From NCBI GenBank assembly GCA_002293685.1, contig DBDS01000006.1, positions 108,867-172,866 on the forward strand: 64,000 nucleotides of DNA, written 5' to 3'. The position numbers and the translations under genes were made by a program. Under the pieces are notes generated by a model. That model was not told where the DNA came from, searched no databases, and saw only the letters and a program-made list of their open reading frames with translations. Source of the DNA: Patescibacteria group bacterium UBA926. GTDB taxonomy: Bacteria > Patescibacteriota > Doudnabacteria > UBA920. Every line of letters starts with the position of its first letter. Within the stretch, counting starts at the first letter, position 1. Below, piece after piece: positions 1 through 10,534 of the stretch.

Positions 1-743
1 TCTATAATTCAGATAATGCGGAACTAGTAAAACTTGTTCATGAATCAAATCTTGGTTCAATAAGTTTTGCGTTAGACACAGATTCAGATTTTACGGCAAC
101 AGAAATTCAAACAACTAATGACTACACAAAGTTTTTAGTTAAACGCCGTGGTGACTTTCCTTCGGAAGAATATAAGATTACAGCATTTGGCAGAATTAAT
201 GTTTACAATGCTCTGGGACCAATCGCTCTACTTCGGACACTAGGCTTCTCAATTGAACAGGTGCAAAGTGGTTTAGATAACTATGAAGGAATAAAAAGAC
301 GCTTTGAGTATATTGGTCAGCATAGTTCTGGAGCAAAAGTATTCGATGATTATGCACACCATCCAACTGCTGTTAAAGAAACTTTAGCAACAGCAAGGCT
401 TCGTTTCCCTGACAGCAAGATTTGGGCTATCTTCGAACCTCATACTTTCAGCAGAACTGAAGCAGTGATTAACGAAATTAGTGAATCATTTATTGACGCT
501 AATGAGGTTCTAATATCTGAGATATATCCTGCTAGAGAACGAAAAACAGAAACTAGCATAACAGGAGAAACTGTTGTTAAACATATCTCAAAACACACCC
601 CAAATGTTAAGCTCATTCAGAATAAAGAAGAAGCTTTGCAGATATTGAATGCTGAATTATCAAAAAATGATGTCGTCATTATTATGGCAGTTGGGGATTT
701 CAATACTTTGGCGCAAAAACTAACCAACACTTATGCAGCTTAA
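1..743 (+). CDS. murC: UDP-N-acetylmuramate--L-alanine ligase MurC, C-terminal part (5' end outside window)
   Basis: Open frame runs from the window edge in the same frame as ORF 261..743. DDYAHHPTAV Mur-ligase C-domain motif. Immediately followed by murB. Confidence 0.75.
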   Translation, partial: YNSDNAELVKLVHESNLGSISFALDTDSDFTATEIQTTNDYTKFLVKRRGDFPSEEYKITAFGRINVYNALGPIALLRTLGFSIEQVQSGLDNYEGIKRRFEYIGQHSSGAKVFDDYAHHPTAVKETLATARLRFPDSKIWAIFEPHTFSRTEAVINEISESFIDANEVLISEIYPARERKTETSITGETVVKHISKHTPNVKLIQNKEEALQILNAELSKNDVVIIMAVGDFNTLAQKLTNTYAA

Positions 744-1827
744 AAAGAATGCATTATTATCCCCATACACAACGTTCTATATCGGTGGGCCAAGCCGATA
801 TTTGATTTTCGGACAGGATGTCGGTGAACTTATTGAAGCTGTAGAATTTGCAAAGGATAAGAACTTACCTTTGTTAATTTTTGGTGGAGGCAGTAATTTA
901 TTAGTTTCAGATTCCGGATTCGATGGTGTCGCGATAAGATTAGAAAATATTGGGATGGATATTGTTAATGAGACAGATGAAGAAGTTCAGCTTTCTGTGG
1001 ATAGTGGAGAAGTTTGGGATGATGTAGTTCGATTCGCCTGTGAAGAAAAATGGTGGGGAATTGAAAATCTATCTCATATCCCAGGTTTTAGCGGAGCATT
1101 TTCTGTTCAGAATGTCGGTGCTTACGGGCAGGAAGCAAGTGGTGTAGTGGTGAGCGTAGAAGTTTATGATTTGCAAGATAATGTAATAAAGACTTTAAAT
1201 TACGATGAACTTAAGTTCGGCTATCGAAAAAGTATTTTTAACACAACTGAAAAGAATCGATATGTAATTCTCAGCACTACATTAAGACTCCAAAAGAATG
1301 GTGAGCCAAACTTAAGTTATGGAGACTTAGCTGATAGATTTAAAAATTTAACTCCGACCATTCAAGAAATTCGAGATGCAATAATCGAAATTCGAAATCA
1401 AAAGTTTCCATTCCCATCTGAACCAACAAAAGGAAATAGTGGTTCATTTTTCCGTGGACCGATTCTAAGTGATAAAGATTTCGAGCTAATGCAAATAAAG
1501 TTAAGCGAAACCTTAGGACATGATTCTTTGGAAAAATTGGAAAAGATGAAATCTAGACTCAAAGTTTCGCAAGGTTATAAAACACCCACAGCCTTTTTGA
1601 TTGAAAACTGTGTGGGAAAAGAGTTAGTCGTCGGTGGTGCAAAAATCAATCCAAATCAACCTGCCATCATCCTAAATTATTCAGGCCAAGCTACTTCAAC
1701 TGAAGTTTTATCATTATACAAGCAAGTTTCAAGTGCAGTTTTTGAACAGACTGGGGTTAGACTAGAAATAGAGCCTGAGTTAATTGGCTTTACTAAGGGG
1801 GAATTGGCCGAGTACGGAGTTTCCTAG
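733..1827 (+). CDS. murB: UDP-N-acetylenolpyruvoylglucosamine reductase MurB
   Basis: FAD-binding N-terminus (LSPYTTFYIGGPSRY...LLIFGGGSNLL) typical of MurB. Start overlaps the murC stop. Confidence 0.8.
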   Translation: MQLKKNALLSPYTTFYIGGPSRYLIFGQDVGELIEAVEFAKDKNLPLLIFGGGSNLLVSDSGFDGVAIRLENIGMDIVNETDEEVQLSVDSGEVWDDVVRFACEEKWWGIENLSHIPGFSGAFSVQNVGAYGQEASGVVVSVEVYDLQDNVIKTLNYDELKFGYRKSIFNTTEKNRYVILSTTLRLQKNGEPNLSYGDLADRFKNLTPTIQEIRDAIIEIRNQKFPFPSEPTKGNSGSFFRGPILSDKDFELMQIKLSETLGHDSLEKLEKMKSRLKVSQGYKTPTAFLIENCVGKELVVGGAKINPNQPAIILNYSGQATSTEVLSLYKQVSSAVFEQTGVRLEIEPELIGFTKGELAEYGVS

Positions 1828-1862
1828 ACCTCAAGTGCTATAATGAGTGTAGAAAGGAAAAT

Positions 1863-2207
1863 ATGAACATCAATATAAAAGCTACCAATACAACGTTAAC
1901 CCCGTCAATTAAAAGTAACGTCGAAAGCAAACTTTCTGTGATTGAAAAATTTACTCGCCCTGAAGATGTGATTTATGTAGAACTAGCTGAGGACACCCAT
2001 CACCAGAGCGGAATGTTCTTCAGAGTCGATATTCAGATTAGCCCACATGGAGTTTATGCAGATGCAAACGGTAATGATTTTTATGAAGCCTTAGATTTGG
2101 TTATTCCAAAAATTCAAACTCAGCTCACGAAAAGTAAAGATAAAAAAATCAGCCTTCGGAGAAGGCTGGGTAATGTGATTCGCGGTTTTAAGCGCAGTGA
2201 TGATTAA
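1863..2207 (+). CDS. hpf: ribosome hibernation promoting factor (RaiA/HPF family)
   Basis: 114 aa; MNINIKATN...TLTPSIKSNVE signature of the sigma-54 modulation/RaiA family. SD AAAGGAAAA upstream. Confidence 0.8.
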   Translation: MNINIKATNTTLTPSIKSNVESKLSVIEKFTRPEDVIYVELAEDTHHQSGMFFRVDIQISPHGVYADANGNDFYEALDLVIPKIQTQLTKSKDKKISLRRRLGNVIRGFKRSDD

Positions 2208-2488
2208 TGGAAGACACCTTTGCGGAAGAAAAATTGAATTCTGTCACGAATTTGTTCGCGAATTCCATCTTGATCTTCAAGAGTCTTGTTAATTTCGACT
2301 GGTAAAGTCGAGTACTCTAGGACATATCTCAAAGTTTCAGAGATATCTGTTCTATCTCTGGGTGGCAATCCTCCGAATATGGTCTTCGCTACAGTAGGTT
2401 CAAGGGCTACGAAAGCTGTGACTTTGCCAGATATGTCTGGTGCTTTCACAATTCTTTCACGGCATTTACTGATATCTTCAGATAACAT
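2204..2488 (-). CDS. hypothetical protein (~95 aa)
   Basis: Minus-strand ORF. Internal Met preceded by GGAGGAAAT SD chosen over the longer ORF-track start at 2551. No recognisable motif. Confidence 0.4.
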   Translation of the reverse strand: MLSEDISKCRERIVKAPDISGKVTAFVALEPTVAKTIFGGLPPRDRTDISETLRYVLEYSTLPVEINKTLEDQDGIREQIRDRIQFFFRKGVFH

Positions 2489-2569
2489 ATTTCCTCCAAA
2501 ATAAGTAATAGAATAGCTTGGCGAAAGCCAAGCTTTCCAGTATAATAGCACAGTATCTAAAATAAATCT

Positions 2570-5308
2570 ATGTCAATATTTAGTAAATTATTCAACTTCT
2601 CTTCTGGCGGTGGTTTGGGAAAATACCAATCAGAATTGGGTGTAATCAATGGCCTAGCAGAAGAAGTTTCTGCTTTATCCGATGACCAAATCCGCGCAGA
2701 AATTCAGGGTTTTAAAGATGAATTAAAATCCATTCAAGATGAGAGTAAGGTATTCAAGAAGTTAATAGAAATTCGTCCTCGCGTATTTGCACTAACTAGA
2801 GAAGCATCTAAACGAGCTCGTGGGCAATTTCATTACGACGTTCAAGTAATCGGCGGTTTGGTTTTATCGGAAGGACGTATTGCTGAGATGAAAACTGGTG
2901 AAGGTAAAACATTAACAGCAACTTTGCCGTTAGTCTTGTTTGCTTTGGCTGGACGTGGTACCCATTTGGTTACAGTTAATGATTACTTGGCTAGATGGCA
3001 GGCAAGCGACATGGGAAAGGTTTATGCTTTTCTTGGTTTATCTGTTGCAAGTATTCAACATGAAGCTTCGTTTCTATACGACGAATCCTATCAACCGGAG
3101 CAGGAAGAAATTGATGAAATCGAAGCGGGTACTCAGGGTTTAACTTTGGACGTGAAGCACATGAGACCGGTGCCAAGACAGGAAGCTTATCGAGCCGATA
3201 TCACATACGGAACAAACAATGAGTATGGATTTGATTATCTTCGCGATAATATGGTTCAAAGTGTGGATCAACTAAGACAACGCGATTTGTTTTATGCAAT
3301 TGTAGACGAAGTTGACAGCATTCTAATTGATGAAGCTCGGACTCCATTGATAATTTCCCAACCAGACTCTGAACCAACAGATAAGTATTATCAATTTTCT
3401 AAGATGGTAGACAAACTTCAAGATAAAGAAGATTATACTATTGATGAAAAACATAAAGCTGCCAGTTTGACTGATGACGGAATCACTAAAGTAGAAAAAA
3501 TTCTTAATGTCCAAAACATTTACGACACAAGCGCTGGTGTAACAACATTACATCATATTGAACAAGCTCTCCGTGCAAAAACTTTGTACAAGCGTGATCG
3601 CGATTACGTTATCCGTGATGGCGAAGTTGTCATTGTAGATGAATTCACAGGTCGGCTGATGTTTGGTCGACGTTACAGTCAAGGTTTACACCAAGCGATT
3701 GAAGCGAAAGAAAATGTAAAGATTCAACAAGAAAGTAAAACGTTAGCAACAATCACTTTCCAAAACTTATTCAGACTTTATTCCAGACTTTCTGGTATGA
3801 CCGGTACTGCTAAAACTGAAGAAGAAGAATTTTTCAAAATCTATCAGCTGGAAGTTACACAAATTCCTACCAATCAACCAATGGTTCGTATCGATCAATC
3901 CGATTTAGTATTTAAAAATGAACCAGGAAAATTTGCGGCAATTGCCAGAGATGTAAAAGAGCGTCATAAGAAAGGACAACCGGTTTTAATCGGTACAGTT
4001 AGTATTGCCAAAAATGAGTTGTTAGCAGAAGAACTCAAAAGAGCGGGCATTCCATTTGAAGTATTGAACGCTAAGAACCATGAACGTGAAGCGCAGATTA
4101 TCGCCCAAGCAGGAAGTTTTGGTGCAGTTACTGTTGCGACAAACATTGCTGGCCGTGGTGTAGATATTCTGCTCGGTGGAAATCCAGTTGATAAAGAAGA
4201 GGCTGAGCGCGTGCGTGAGGCCGGTGGATTAGCTGTAATCGGTACAGAACGTCATGAATCACGCCGCATCGACAATCAGCTACGTGGACGTTCCGGACGT
4301 CAGGGTGACCCAGGTTCAAGCCAATTTTACGTTTCCATGGAAGATGACTTGATGCGTTTGTTTGGTGGAGCTCGCATGCAAGGCATGATGGAAACTCTAA
4401 AGATTCCAGACGACCAACCAATCGAAGCGAAAATGATTTCGCGTTCAATTGAATCAGCTCAAAAGAAAATTGAAGGTCTTAACTTTGATACTCGTAAAAG
4501 TGTTCTTGAATTTGATGATGTCTTAAATCATCAACGTAAGAAAATTTATTCCCGTCGTCGCAAATATTTATCTGGAACTAAAGATCAGGAACCAATTAAA
4601 GGTGAGATTTTAGAATCACTTAAATCTAGACTTGCTGAAATTACTTCTGTTCATTTCGGGAACCTTGATTTCAAAGAAGCGTTAGAGCAAATTTCACTGG
4701 AAGCCAGTGCGATATTGCCAAATCTAACTGATGAAGTTAAAAATCAAATTTTTGAACGAACAACTTCCGCTGCAGACAGCGAGTTTGTAGTTTTAGATGA
4801 GCTTAATAAGTTGGCTGATGAAGCTATGGAGTCAAAGAGTAAAGAGATTGGTGAAGAGCTCTACGAAAATATTCTTCGTTCCATTACACTTCAAGCGATT
4901 GATAGACTTTGGATGGAACATTTGGACACTATGGACCACTTGCGTGACTCGGTTCGTTTGCGAGGTTACGGTATGCGTGACCCATTAGTTGAGTATAAAA
5001 AAGAAGGTCACTTATTATTCCAACGGCTGTTATCAGAAATCGATCAACAGATTTTAGGTGCTGCTTTAAGAATCGGTGTTGAAACTCATACGGACGACAA
5101 GGGTCAACAACACCATCATGCTACCATTAATATGACTGGTGGTTCAACCAACAATTCTGCACCTACAGCTGTAGCTGAGCAAAAAGATCCACGTGCGGGT
5201 GACATCGGCCGTAACGATCCGTGTTTCTGTGGTAGCGGTAAAAAGTATAAGAAGTGTGGCTTGCTGAATACGGCAGAACACATTAAAAACTTAGGAAAAA
5301 TCACATAA
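2570..5308 (+). CDS. secA: preprotein translocase ATPase SecA
   Basis: 912 aa. DEAD-motor motifs (MKTGEGKTL, DEVDSILIDEARTPLIIS). C-terminal zinc-binding tail CFCGSGKKYKKCG. The last ~16 codons lie inside or after the attL core and so are phage-supplied. Confidence 0.95.
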   Translation: MSIFSKLFNFSSGGGLGKYQSELGVINGLAEEVSALSDDQIRAEIQGFKDELKSIQDESKVFKKLIEIRPRVFALTREASKRARGQFHYDVQVIGGLVLSEGRIAEMKTGEGKTLTATLPLVLFALAGRGTHLVTVNDYLARWQASDMGKVYAFLGLSVASIQHEASFLYDESYQPEQEEIDEIEAGTQGLTLDVKHMRPVPRQEAYRADITYGTNNEYGFDYLRDNMVQSVDQLRQRDLFYAIVDEVDSILIDEARTPLIISQPDSEPTDKYYQFSKMVDKLQDKEDYTIDEKHKAASLTDDGITKVEKILNVQNIYDTSAGVTTLHHIEQALRAKTLYKRDRDYVIRDGEVVIVDEFTGRLMFGRRYSQGLHQAIEAKENVKIQQESKTLATITFQNLFRLYSRLSGMTGTAKTEEEEFFKIYQLEVTQIPTNQPMVRIDQSDLVFKNEPGKFAAIARDVKERHKKGQPVLIGTVSIAKNELLAEELKRAGIPFEVLNAKNHEREAQIIAQAGSFGAVTVATNIAGRGVDILLGGNPVDKEEAERVREAGGLAVIGTERHESRRIDNQLRGRSGRQGDPGSSQFYVSMEDDLMRLFGGARMQGMMETLKIPDDQPIEAKMISRSIESAQKKIEGLNFDTRKSVLEFDDVLNHQRKKIYSRRRKYLSGTKDQEPIKGEILESLKSRLAEITSVHFGNLDFKEALEQISLEASAILPNLTDEVKNQIFERTTSAADSEFVVLDELNKLADEAMESKSKEIGEELYENILRSITLQAIDRLWMEHLDTMDHLRDSVRLRGYGMRDPLVEYKKEGHLLFQRLLSEIDQQILGAALRIGVETHTDDKGQQHHHATINMTGGSTNNSAPTAVAEQKDPRAGDIGRNDPCFCGSGKKYKKCGLLNTAEHIKNLGKIT
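5239..5262. repeat. attL core (TAAAAAGTATAAgAAGTGtGGCTT) inside secA 3' end
   Basis: Matches 36449-36472 at 22 of 24 nt; identical 12-mer TAAAAAGTATAA. Confidence 0.75.
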
Positions 5309-5331
5309 CACCCAAATAAGACTAAAAGGTT

Positions 5332-5356
5332 AAACCCTGCGAAAGCAGGGTTTTTT
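5332..5356 (+). terminator. rho-independent terminator after secA
   Basis: AAACCCTGC-GAAA-GCAGGGTTTTTT hairpin plus T-run. Confidence 0.7.
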
Positions 5357-5622
5357 AATTGCCTTAAAAGGTCGCGGCGCCCTAGCCGACAATAGGGATT
5401 ATAAGAGCGTATATCTAACCAAAAAACAAAAATGCTAAAAACAATTTTATACATAGTGTTGGCAATAGTAGCTGTGTATATCCTGTGGCAAATTGCCACC
5501 TACGACTGGTGCCAAGTATGGTACGGCATAAAATGTATGCCCCCGTACTAGGACATACAGCCAGTAGTTAGTCAATTAAAACAAAAACAAAATGAAAACT
5601 AAATATATCAAGATTACCTACT

Positions 5623-5907
5623 TTGACAGCCCGTATAAAAAATTTATACCGCAGCCAAAGACCAAGAGAGCAAAGAACCATGGACAACGCAAATAAAGCA
5701 AGTTTGAGCCAACAAAGCCGTTTGCTAGAAATTCTACACAAGTATTGCCCTGAGTATTACGACTATAACGATAGCCGCATGTGGGATTTTACGGAAACAC
5801 TAACTAAGCGGCATGCCAGCGAACTCATTACCGATTATTACGACGGCAAGGTTGATAGGCTCAAAGCTGAATTTTATCAATTTATTAAAGAGAGAAAAGA
5901 ACAATGA
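5623..5907 (+). CDS. hypothetical early protein
   Basis: ORF start is TTG inside a TTGACA hexamer; ATG at 5680 (75 aa) is a plausible alternative start. First gene after attL. Confidence 0.4.
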   Translation: MTARIKNLYRSQRPREQRTMDNANKASLSQQSRLLEILHKYCPEYYDYNDSRMWDFTETLTKRHASELITDYYDGKVDRLKAEFYQFIKERKEQ

Positions 5908-6941
5908 ACCAAGTAACTACAGGCGCAATTGTGTTTAGAAAAGCTGAACGCAAACGCGCAAAAGCACGCATAGCATTATGCGCCCCAGCTGGCGGGGGGA
6001 AAACCCACAGCGCCCTACTCATTGCCAAGGGCTTAGGCGGCAAAATCGCAGTAATTGACACTGAGAACGGCAGCGCGGAACTTGAGGCAGGCAAGCCTAA
6101 TATCCCTGAGTTTGATGTTATCACCATGCACGCGCCGTTTGACCCGATTAAGTATATTGCCGCAATTGACGCAGCGGAAAAAGCGGGCTACGACATTGTG
6201 ATTATTGACAGCCTTACCCACGCATGGGCAGGCACAGGCGGTTTGCTTGATAAGGTAGACACCATTAGCAAGGCAAGCAAAAGCGGCAATTCCTACACAG
6301 CATGGCGTGATGTTACCCCATTGCACAACAAGCTGGTAGACAAAATGCTGCAAAGCACCTGCCACATTATTGCAACCATGCGCAGCAAAACTGACTATGT
6401 GCTGGAAACCAACAGCAAAGGCGGCATGACCCCTAAGAAAGTTGGATTAGCGCCAGTGCAGCGCGAGGGCATGGACTATGAATTTACGGTTGTATTGGAC
6501 ATTGACCAGTCAAGCCATGTGGCTACTGCCACCAAAGACCGCACCAGTTTGTTTGACGGCGCACCATTTGTGCCAAGCCCTGACACTGGGGAAATTTTGC
6601 TTAACTGGTTTAACAGCGGAAAAGCTGAGGAAATGCCAGCCACCCCTGAACCTACCGCACCAGCCGAACAGCCAGCGCAAACGGAAACCGAACCGCAGGC
6701 AGAACCCGAAAAGCCAAAGCCGACTGTAGCACCATTAACTGAACGGGCAACAATTACCCAGCTGGACGAACTTAGAAAGGTAGCGTTAGACACTGCCGCA
6801 GTAAAGGACGACGAAAACCTAGTTAAGTGGATAAGCCTAATGTTTAATGTTGAGGTTAAAAAAGTAACTGACTTAAGCGCAGCCCAAGTTAAGGAAATTA
6901 TGGACGCGGTTAAAGCACTAGACGAGGCACCAAATGTCTAA
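5904..6941 (+). CDS. RecA-like recombination ATPase, Sak4/AAA_24 family
   Basis: Walker A APAGGGKTHSAL, Walker B DIVIIDSLTHAW, size and phage early-region context. Pro/Glu-rich low-complexity C-terminus. Confidence 0.65.
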   Translation: MNQVTTGAIVFRKAERKRAKARIALCAPAGGGKTHSALLIAKGLGGKIAVIDTENGSAELEAGKPNIPEFDVITMHAPFDPIKYIAAIDAAEKAGYDIVIIDSLTHAWAGTGGLLDKVDTISKASKSGNSYTAWRDVTPLHNKLVDKMLQSTCHIIATMRSKTDYVLETNSKGGMTPKKVGLAPVQREGMDYEFTVVLDIDQSSHVATATKDRTSLFDGAPFVPSPDTGEILLNWFNSGKAEEMPATPEPTAPAEQPAQTETEPQAEPEKPKPTVAPLTERATITQLDELRKVALDTAAVKDDENLVKWISLMFNVEVKKVTDLSAAQVKEIMDAVKALDEAPNV

Positions 6942-7377
6942 CGAAATTACTAGCATTACTGGCGAAAAGTTAACCCCTGAAAGCGTAGTAGGGCAGATAG
7001 TGGAACTGGAAAATGAGGCAGCCACCCACAGTGCCAAAGCAAGAGAGGTGCAGGCAAAGGCTGACGAACTGCGCAAAAAACTGGTAGACACCTTGATGTT
7101 GCTGGGGATTGAAAGCGTACGGCATGCCAGCGGTTATACAGCAACAGTTGCTCATAAAACCGCCTATAAATTACCTACTGCTGATGTGCTGATTGAAAAG
7201 CTGAAAGCTAACAAGCTCAACAACTTTATTAGCAAAGTGCCAGCGCATGAGGAACCTAACACCACATTGCTTACCACTTGGCTAAAGGAAAAAGCGCCTA
7301 ACGATATTGCGCAAATGTTTGGCGACGCAGTGCAAATTAAACAAACTGAGTTTTTGCAACTTAGAAAAGCAAAATAA
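6934..7377 (+). CDS. hypothetical coiled-coil protein (possibly Gp157-like Sak4 partner)
   Basis: 147 aa with N-terminal coiled coil, directly downstream of the Sak4-like gene. Gp157 assignment is by architecture and context only. Confidence 0.3.
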   Translation: MSNEITSITGEKLTPESVVGQIVELENEAATHSAKAREVQAKADELRKKLVDTLMLLGIESVRHASGYTATVAHKTAYKLPTADVLIEKLKANKLNNFISKVPAHEEPNTTLLTTWLKEKAPNDIAQMFGDAVQIKQTEFLQLRKAK

Positions 7378-7392
7378 TAAAGGATTAAACCA

Positions 7393-7662
7393 ATGATAAA
7401 AAAATATCAAGTATTAGTGCGTGAAGTTTATGAGAGTGAGGAAACGGAAACAATAATTGTGAATGTTAACTCACAGGAAGAAATAGCTAGCTGGAAGTTT
7501 AGCGACTTAACCCCTGAGGAAAAACGGGATTATGTAAAGCAAGAAGTGCCAACTGGTAAAAACAAGTTGGAAATATCCAACAGTGAGTTGTACCAACAAG
7601 TTTTTAATGTAAATGATTTGAAAATTGAGGACTTGGTGCTTTATCTAAACCGCGTTAAGTAG
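7393..7662 (+). CDS. hypothetical acidic protein
   Basis: 89-aa ORF with good spacing in the + strand operon. Confidence 0.4.
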   Translation: MIKKYQVLVREVYESEETETIIVNVNSQEEIASWKFSDLTPEEKRDYVKQEVPTGKNKLEISNSELYQQVFNVNDLKIEDLVLYLNRVK

Positions 7663-7772
7663 TTTGGCTGTTGCGCCCTAGCCCGTATTGCGCAAACGGG
7701 TTAGGCATAGTAGCTAAAAATTTTTTAGATACCAAATGAAATAAATCTTAAAAATCGCTGAAAACCAAATCA

Positions 7773-8252
7773 ATGGAAACCTACACAGAAATTAAAACAT
7801 TAAAAGCACAGGTGGAATTTGTACTACAAACCCGCCACGAAACCCGTAACAGCGACGCTGAACTGGTAACGGTGGTTTGCGGGAAATTTGGCTTAGACCC
7901 TATTAAAACAGCCTCAAGCATTGAGCGTTGCCGCAGGTGGTTTAACCAGCGCATGGAATACCTGCCAACTGACGAAAAGATTGCGCACCAGCGAAAAATT
8001 AACATTGAGGAATGGCGGGCGGCAATGGGCTACAAGGCAAGCAAGCTGAACTGGGCGCCGCCAAGCAAGCTGAATGAGCCGATTATAACCCGCGTAAAAA
8101 GCGAAACCTACCCATACAAGGATTATATTATTACCGATTTGGGAACCAGCATAGAGTGTACCTGCCCGCGGTTTACCTACCACAAAACCTGCAAGCATGT
8201 GAAAAAGCGCAGCGAGCAAATCTCATTGTCATTTACCCAGCCATTATTTTAA
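7773..8252 (+). CDS. hypothetical protein with SWIM-type zinc finger (CxCx10CxH)
   Basis: C-terminal ECTCPRFTYHKTCKHV fits the SWIM pattern. Confidence 0.4.
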   Translation: METYTEIKTLKAQVEFVLQTRHETRNSDAELVTVVCGKFGLDPIKTASSIERCRRWFNQRMEYLPTDEKIAHQRKINIEEWRAAMGYKASKLNWAPPSKLNEPIITRVKSETYPYKDYIITDLGTSIECTCPRFTYHKTCKHVKKRSEQISLSFTQPLF

Positions 8253-8257
8253 CTGCC

Positions 8258-9217
8258 ATGGGCGAAAAACTACTTATTCCAAATACAACCCAAATACCAA
8301 ACCTAATTTTAGACCATTTGCTGCCAGCGTTAGCGGAACCTGAAACCAAATGTATTTTGTATATTTGCCGCAGAACTTTTGGCTTTGGGAAAAGCAAAGA
8401 CCGCATTAGCCTTAGCCAATTTACGCGCGGAATTAAAACAAAGGACGGGCAAGTGCTAGACCATGGCACTGGGCTTAGCCGCCCAGCAGTAGTTTGGGCA
8501 TTACAGCGATTAGTGGCAGCGGGCGTTATTTACACTGAACAAACTACAAAAGGCAATTTTTTTGAGCTAAACCTGAATTTGAACATAGAGGCTGCGCTAA
8601 AAATCATTAGCGACATGCGCCTACAGCAGAACAAAGAGCGTAAGGAAAAGCCTAAACAGACCACCCTATTTAAAGTAGTTAACCGCGTTAACCAGTTAAC
8701 GCCGTTAACCAAAAGTGGTAAACGCGGTTTACCAAAAGTAGTTAACGAGGTTAACCCACAAAACCAAGAGAAACCAAGTAACAAAACCAAGACTATTGCA
8801 ACCGCTGACGCGGCTGCGACTGTGGATAAAAAACAGCATAAACCACACACAGAATTTATTGAGTTTTGGCATAACACGGTTAAGCAGACTAGAGGAATAA
8901 AGCCACTAATTGCACCTATGGACGGCAAGAACCTAAAGCGTGTGCTGGAAATGAACATACTGACACCCCTGCAATTACAGCAATTAGCTATTTATTTCCT
9001 AGCCCACGGTAGTTTTAAGAGTTTTAACCCCAGCATATCTGTACTGCTCAGTAACGGCATACTCAATGGACTTATGAACCGTATGCAGAATGACCCGAAC
9101 TTTTGGCGGGAACTTGATAGCTTTTCTACCCATTACTTACGGCAACCTAGCAAAAACAACCACGCCTTGGTCGGTAGGCTGGCAGAACTTAAAGCAAAGT
9201 TGTTTGTAATGAAGTAA
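8258..9217 (+). CDS. putative replication initiator / replisome organiser (winged-helix)
   Basis: ATG at 8258 just after the previous stop. SLSQFTRGIK...GLSRPAVVWALQRLVAAGVI resembles the wHTH of phage replication initiators. Early-region position. Confidence 0.4.
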   Translation: MGEKLLIPNTTQIPNLILDHLLPALAEPETKCILYICRRTFGFGKSKDRISLSQFTRGIKTKDGQVLDHGTGLSRPAVVWALQRLVAAGVIYTEQTTKGNFFELNLNLNIEAALKIISDMRLQQNKERKEKPKQTTLFKVVNRVNQLTPLTKSGKRGLPKVVNEVNPQNQEKPSNKTKTIATADAAATVDKKQHKPHTEFIEFWHNTVKQTRGIKPLIAPMDGKNLKRVLEMNILTPLQLQQLAIYFLAHGSFKSFNPSISVLLSNGILNGLMNRMQNDPNFWRELDSFSTHYLRQPSKNNHALVGRLAELKAKLFVMK

Positions 9218-9328
9218 ATTAACCGCTTGCGCATTTAACTGGCTACCTTAGCAGGTTTTTCTCTTAGAGGGGGTTTTACCCGCTGGGGTGGCTGTATAAA
9301 TGCGTGAGCAGAAAACAAAAACAAAAAT

Positions 9329-10000
9329 ATGCCAACTTATGACAAAGACAATAACTTAATTGAGCCTACTAGGTTTACTCCCGAACCTGAGGGCGACGGC
9401 TTTACCCCTGCCGTGTCTACAAAGCGGGGCAAGACACAAAAGAACCACACCCCGAAAGTTAAACCAACGCTAAAGCGCAGGCTAGCCAAATGGCTGGTAC
9501 TGCTGACCCTAGCCCTTGGCTTACTGCTCAGTGCGGCATACGGCATTGATTATTTCTTTGACCGCAACACCATTAACTGGCAGACCCCGATTAAGCTACA
9601 GACCCCTATTTACCTAAGCCCGCGAACGCAGGCACAGGCAAAGCAGGTTGAAGTGGTGCCTACAGCGCAAGCTGTGGCACCCGTGGCAAAAGAGGAAGTT
9701 AAGCCAGTAGTGGACTATGACGAAATACTGCGCATTGTCTACCGCAAGGAAAGCAGCAGCGGTAAAAACGACGGCTGCAAGAGGCAGGGAAAGTATAACG
9801 GCTATGGCTATGCCCAAAGCACCCACAGCTGGAAATGCTTTGACAGCCACGCCGAGGTAACGGGGCTGGTTAGGGCTTGGTTTGAAAAGCGGGTACCTGT
9901 TATGGGTTTGCCAGCCGCCCTTTGTTACTACAACACAGGGCATAAGACCGCTGACTGCCCTTACTACAGGGATTACTTGAAATATGCAAAATCAGAGTAA
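9329..10000 (+). CDS. hypothetical membrane protein with Cys-rich extracytoplasmic domain
   Basis: One TM helix (LAKWLVLLTLALGLLLSAAYGI). C-terminal ~150 aa with 5 Cys. Confidence 0.45.
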   Translation: MPTYDKDNNLIEPTRFTPEPEGDGFTPAVSTKRGKTQKNHTPKVKPTLKRRLAKWLVLLTLALGLLLSAAYGIDYFFDRNTINWQTPIKLQTPIYLSPRTQAQAKQVEVVPTAQAVAPVAKEEVKPVVDYDEILRIVYRKESSSGKNDGCKRQGKYNGYGYAQSTHSWKCFDSHAEVTGLVRAWFEKRVPVMGLPAALCYYNTGHKTADCPYYRDYLKYAKSE

Positions 10001-10310
10001 CTACTGGCAACAGTACCGCCTTGAGCAGAGAATACGCCGAGGCAACAGGCGCACTTACTGGTTGCAGGAACTAAGCAGACTTAAGCGGGCAGGGTTTACG
10101 GTGCAGCAGCTTGCCCAAGACCACTACCGCATAAATGGCGAACTAGACTTTTACCTAGTGCATGCTCAGTACCACAACCTGCAAAACGGAAAGCGCGGGA
10201 AAATCCTACACAACTTAATTGGCTTTGTGCGCCGTGCGGTGGCAGACAACTACCAATACCGCCAAAGCTATGAGCCGCGCAAAGTAACCGTTTATTTGCC
10301 TGAGGATTAA
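9984..10310 (+). CDS. hypothetical basic protein
   Basis: 108-aa ORF in the same strand. Confidence 0.35.
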   Translation: MQNQSNYWQQYRLEQRIRRGNRRTYWLQELSRLKRAGFTVQQLAQDHYRINGELDFYLVHAQYHNLQNGKRGKILHNLIGFVRRAVADNYQYRQSYEPRKVTVYLPED

Positions 10311-10330
10311 AAAATTAACAAACAGAGAGA

Positions 10331-10534
10331 ATGAAACAAGAAATACCACACTGCTTAACCTGCGGGCATGAGCAGACAAGAATAGTAAAATTAGTGCCTG
10401 ACGACAAGGGCAACATGCAGACCACCCAAACCTTTACTTGGGTTTGCACTAACCGCGCCTGTGTTTTCTACATTAACTTGGGCAAGGTAGCGACTTGGAA
10501 AAACGCAGTAACTCAAAATGTATGGGCTGGATAA
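10331..10534 (+). CDS. small zinc-ribbon protein
   Basis: CLTCGH...CTNRAC, two CxxC pairs. Confidence 0.4.
   Translation: MKQEIPHCLTCGHEQTRIVKLVPDDKGNMQTTQTFTWVCTNRACVFYINLGKVATWKNAVTQNVWAG

Noticed and set aside
2286-2504. 72-aa + strand ORF inside the minus-strand hypothetical gene
   Set aside because: It overlaps the better-supported minus-strand gene (SD + ATG), with no RBS and odd composition.
5116-5499. 127-aa minus-strand ORF spanning the secA 3' end, attL and the secA terminator
   Set aside because: It overlaps the secA coding end and a terminator hairpin. There is no RBS, and it crosses the phage-host junction.
8156-8257. ORF-track start of the replication-initiator gene overlapping the previous gene by ~100 bp
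   Set aside because: The in-frame ATG at 8258 immediately after the upstream stop is the more parsimonious start; the extension has no RBS.
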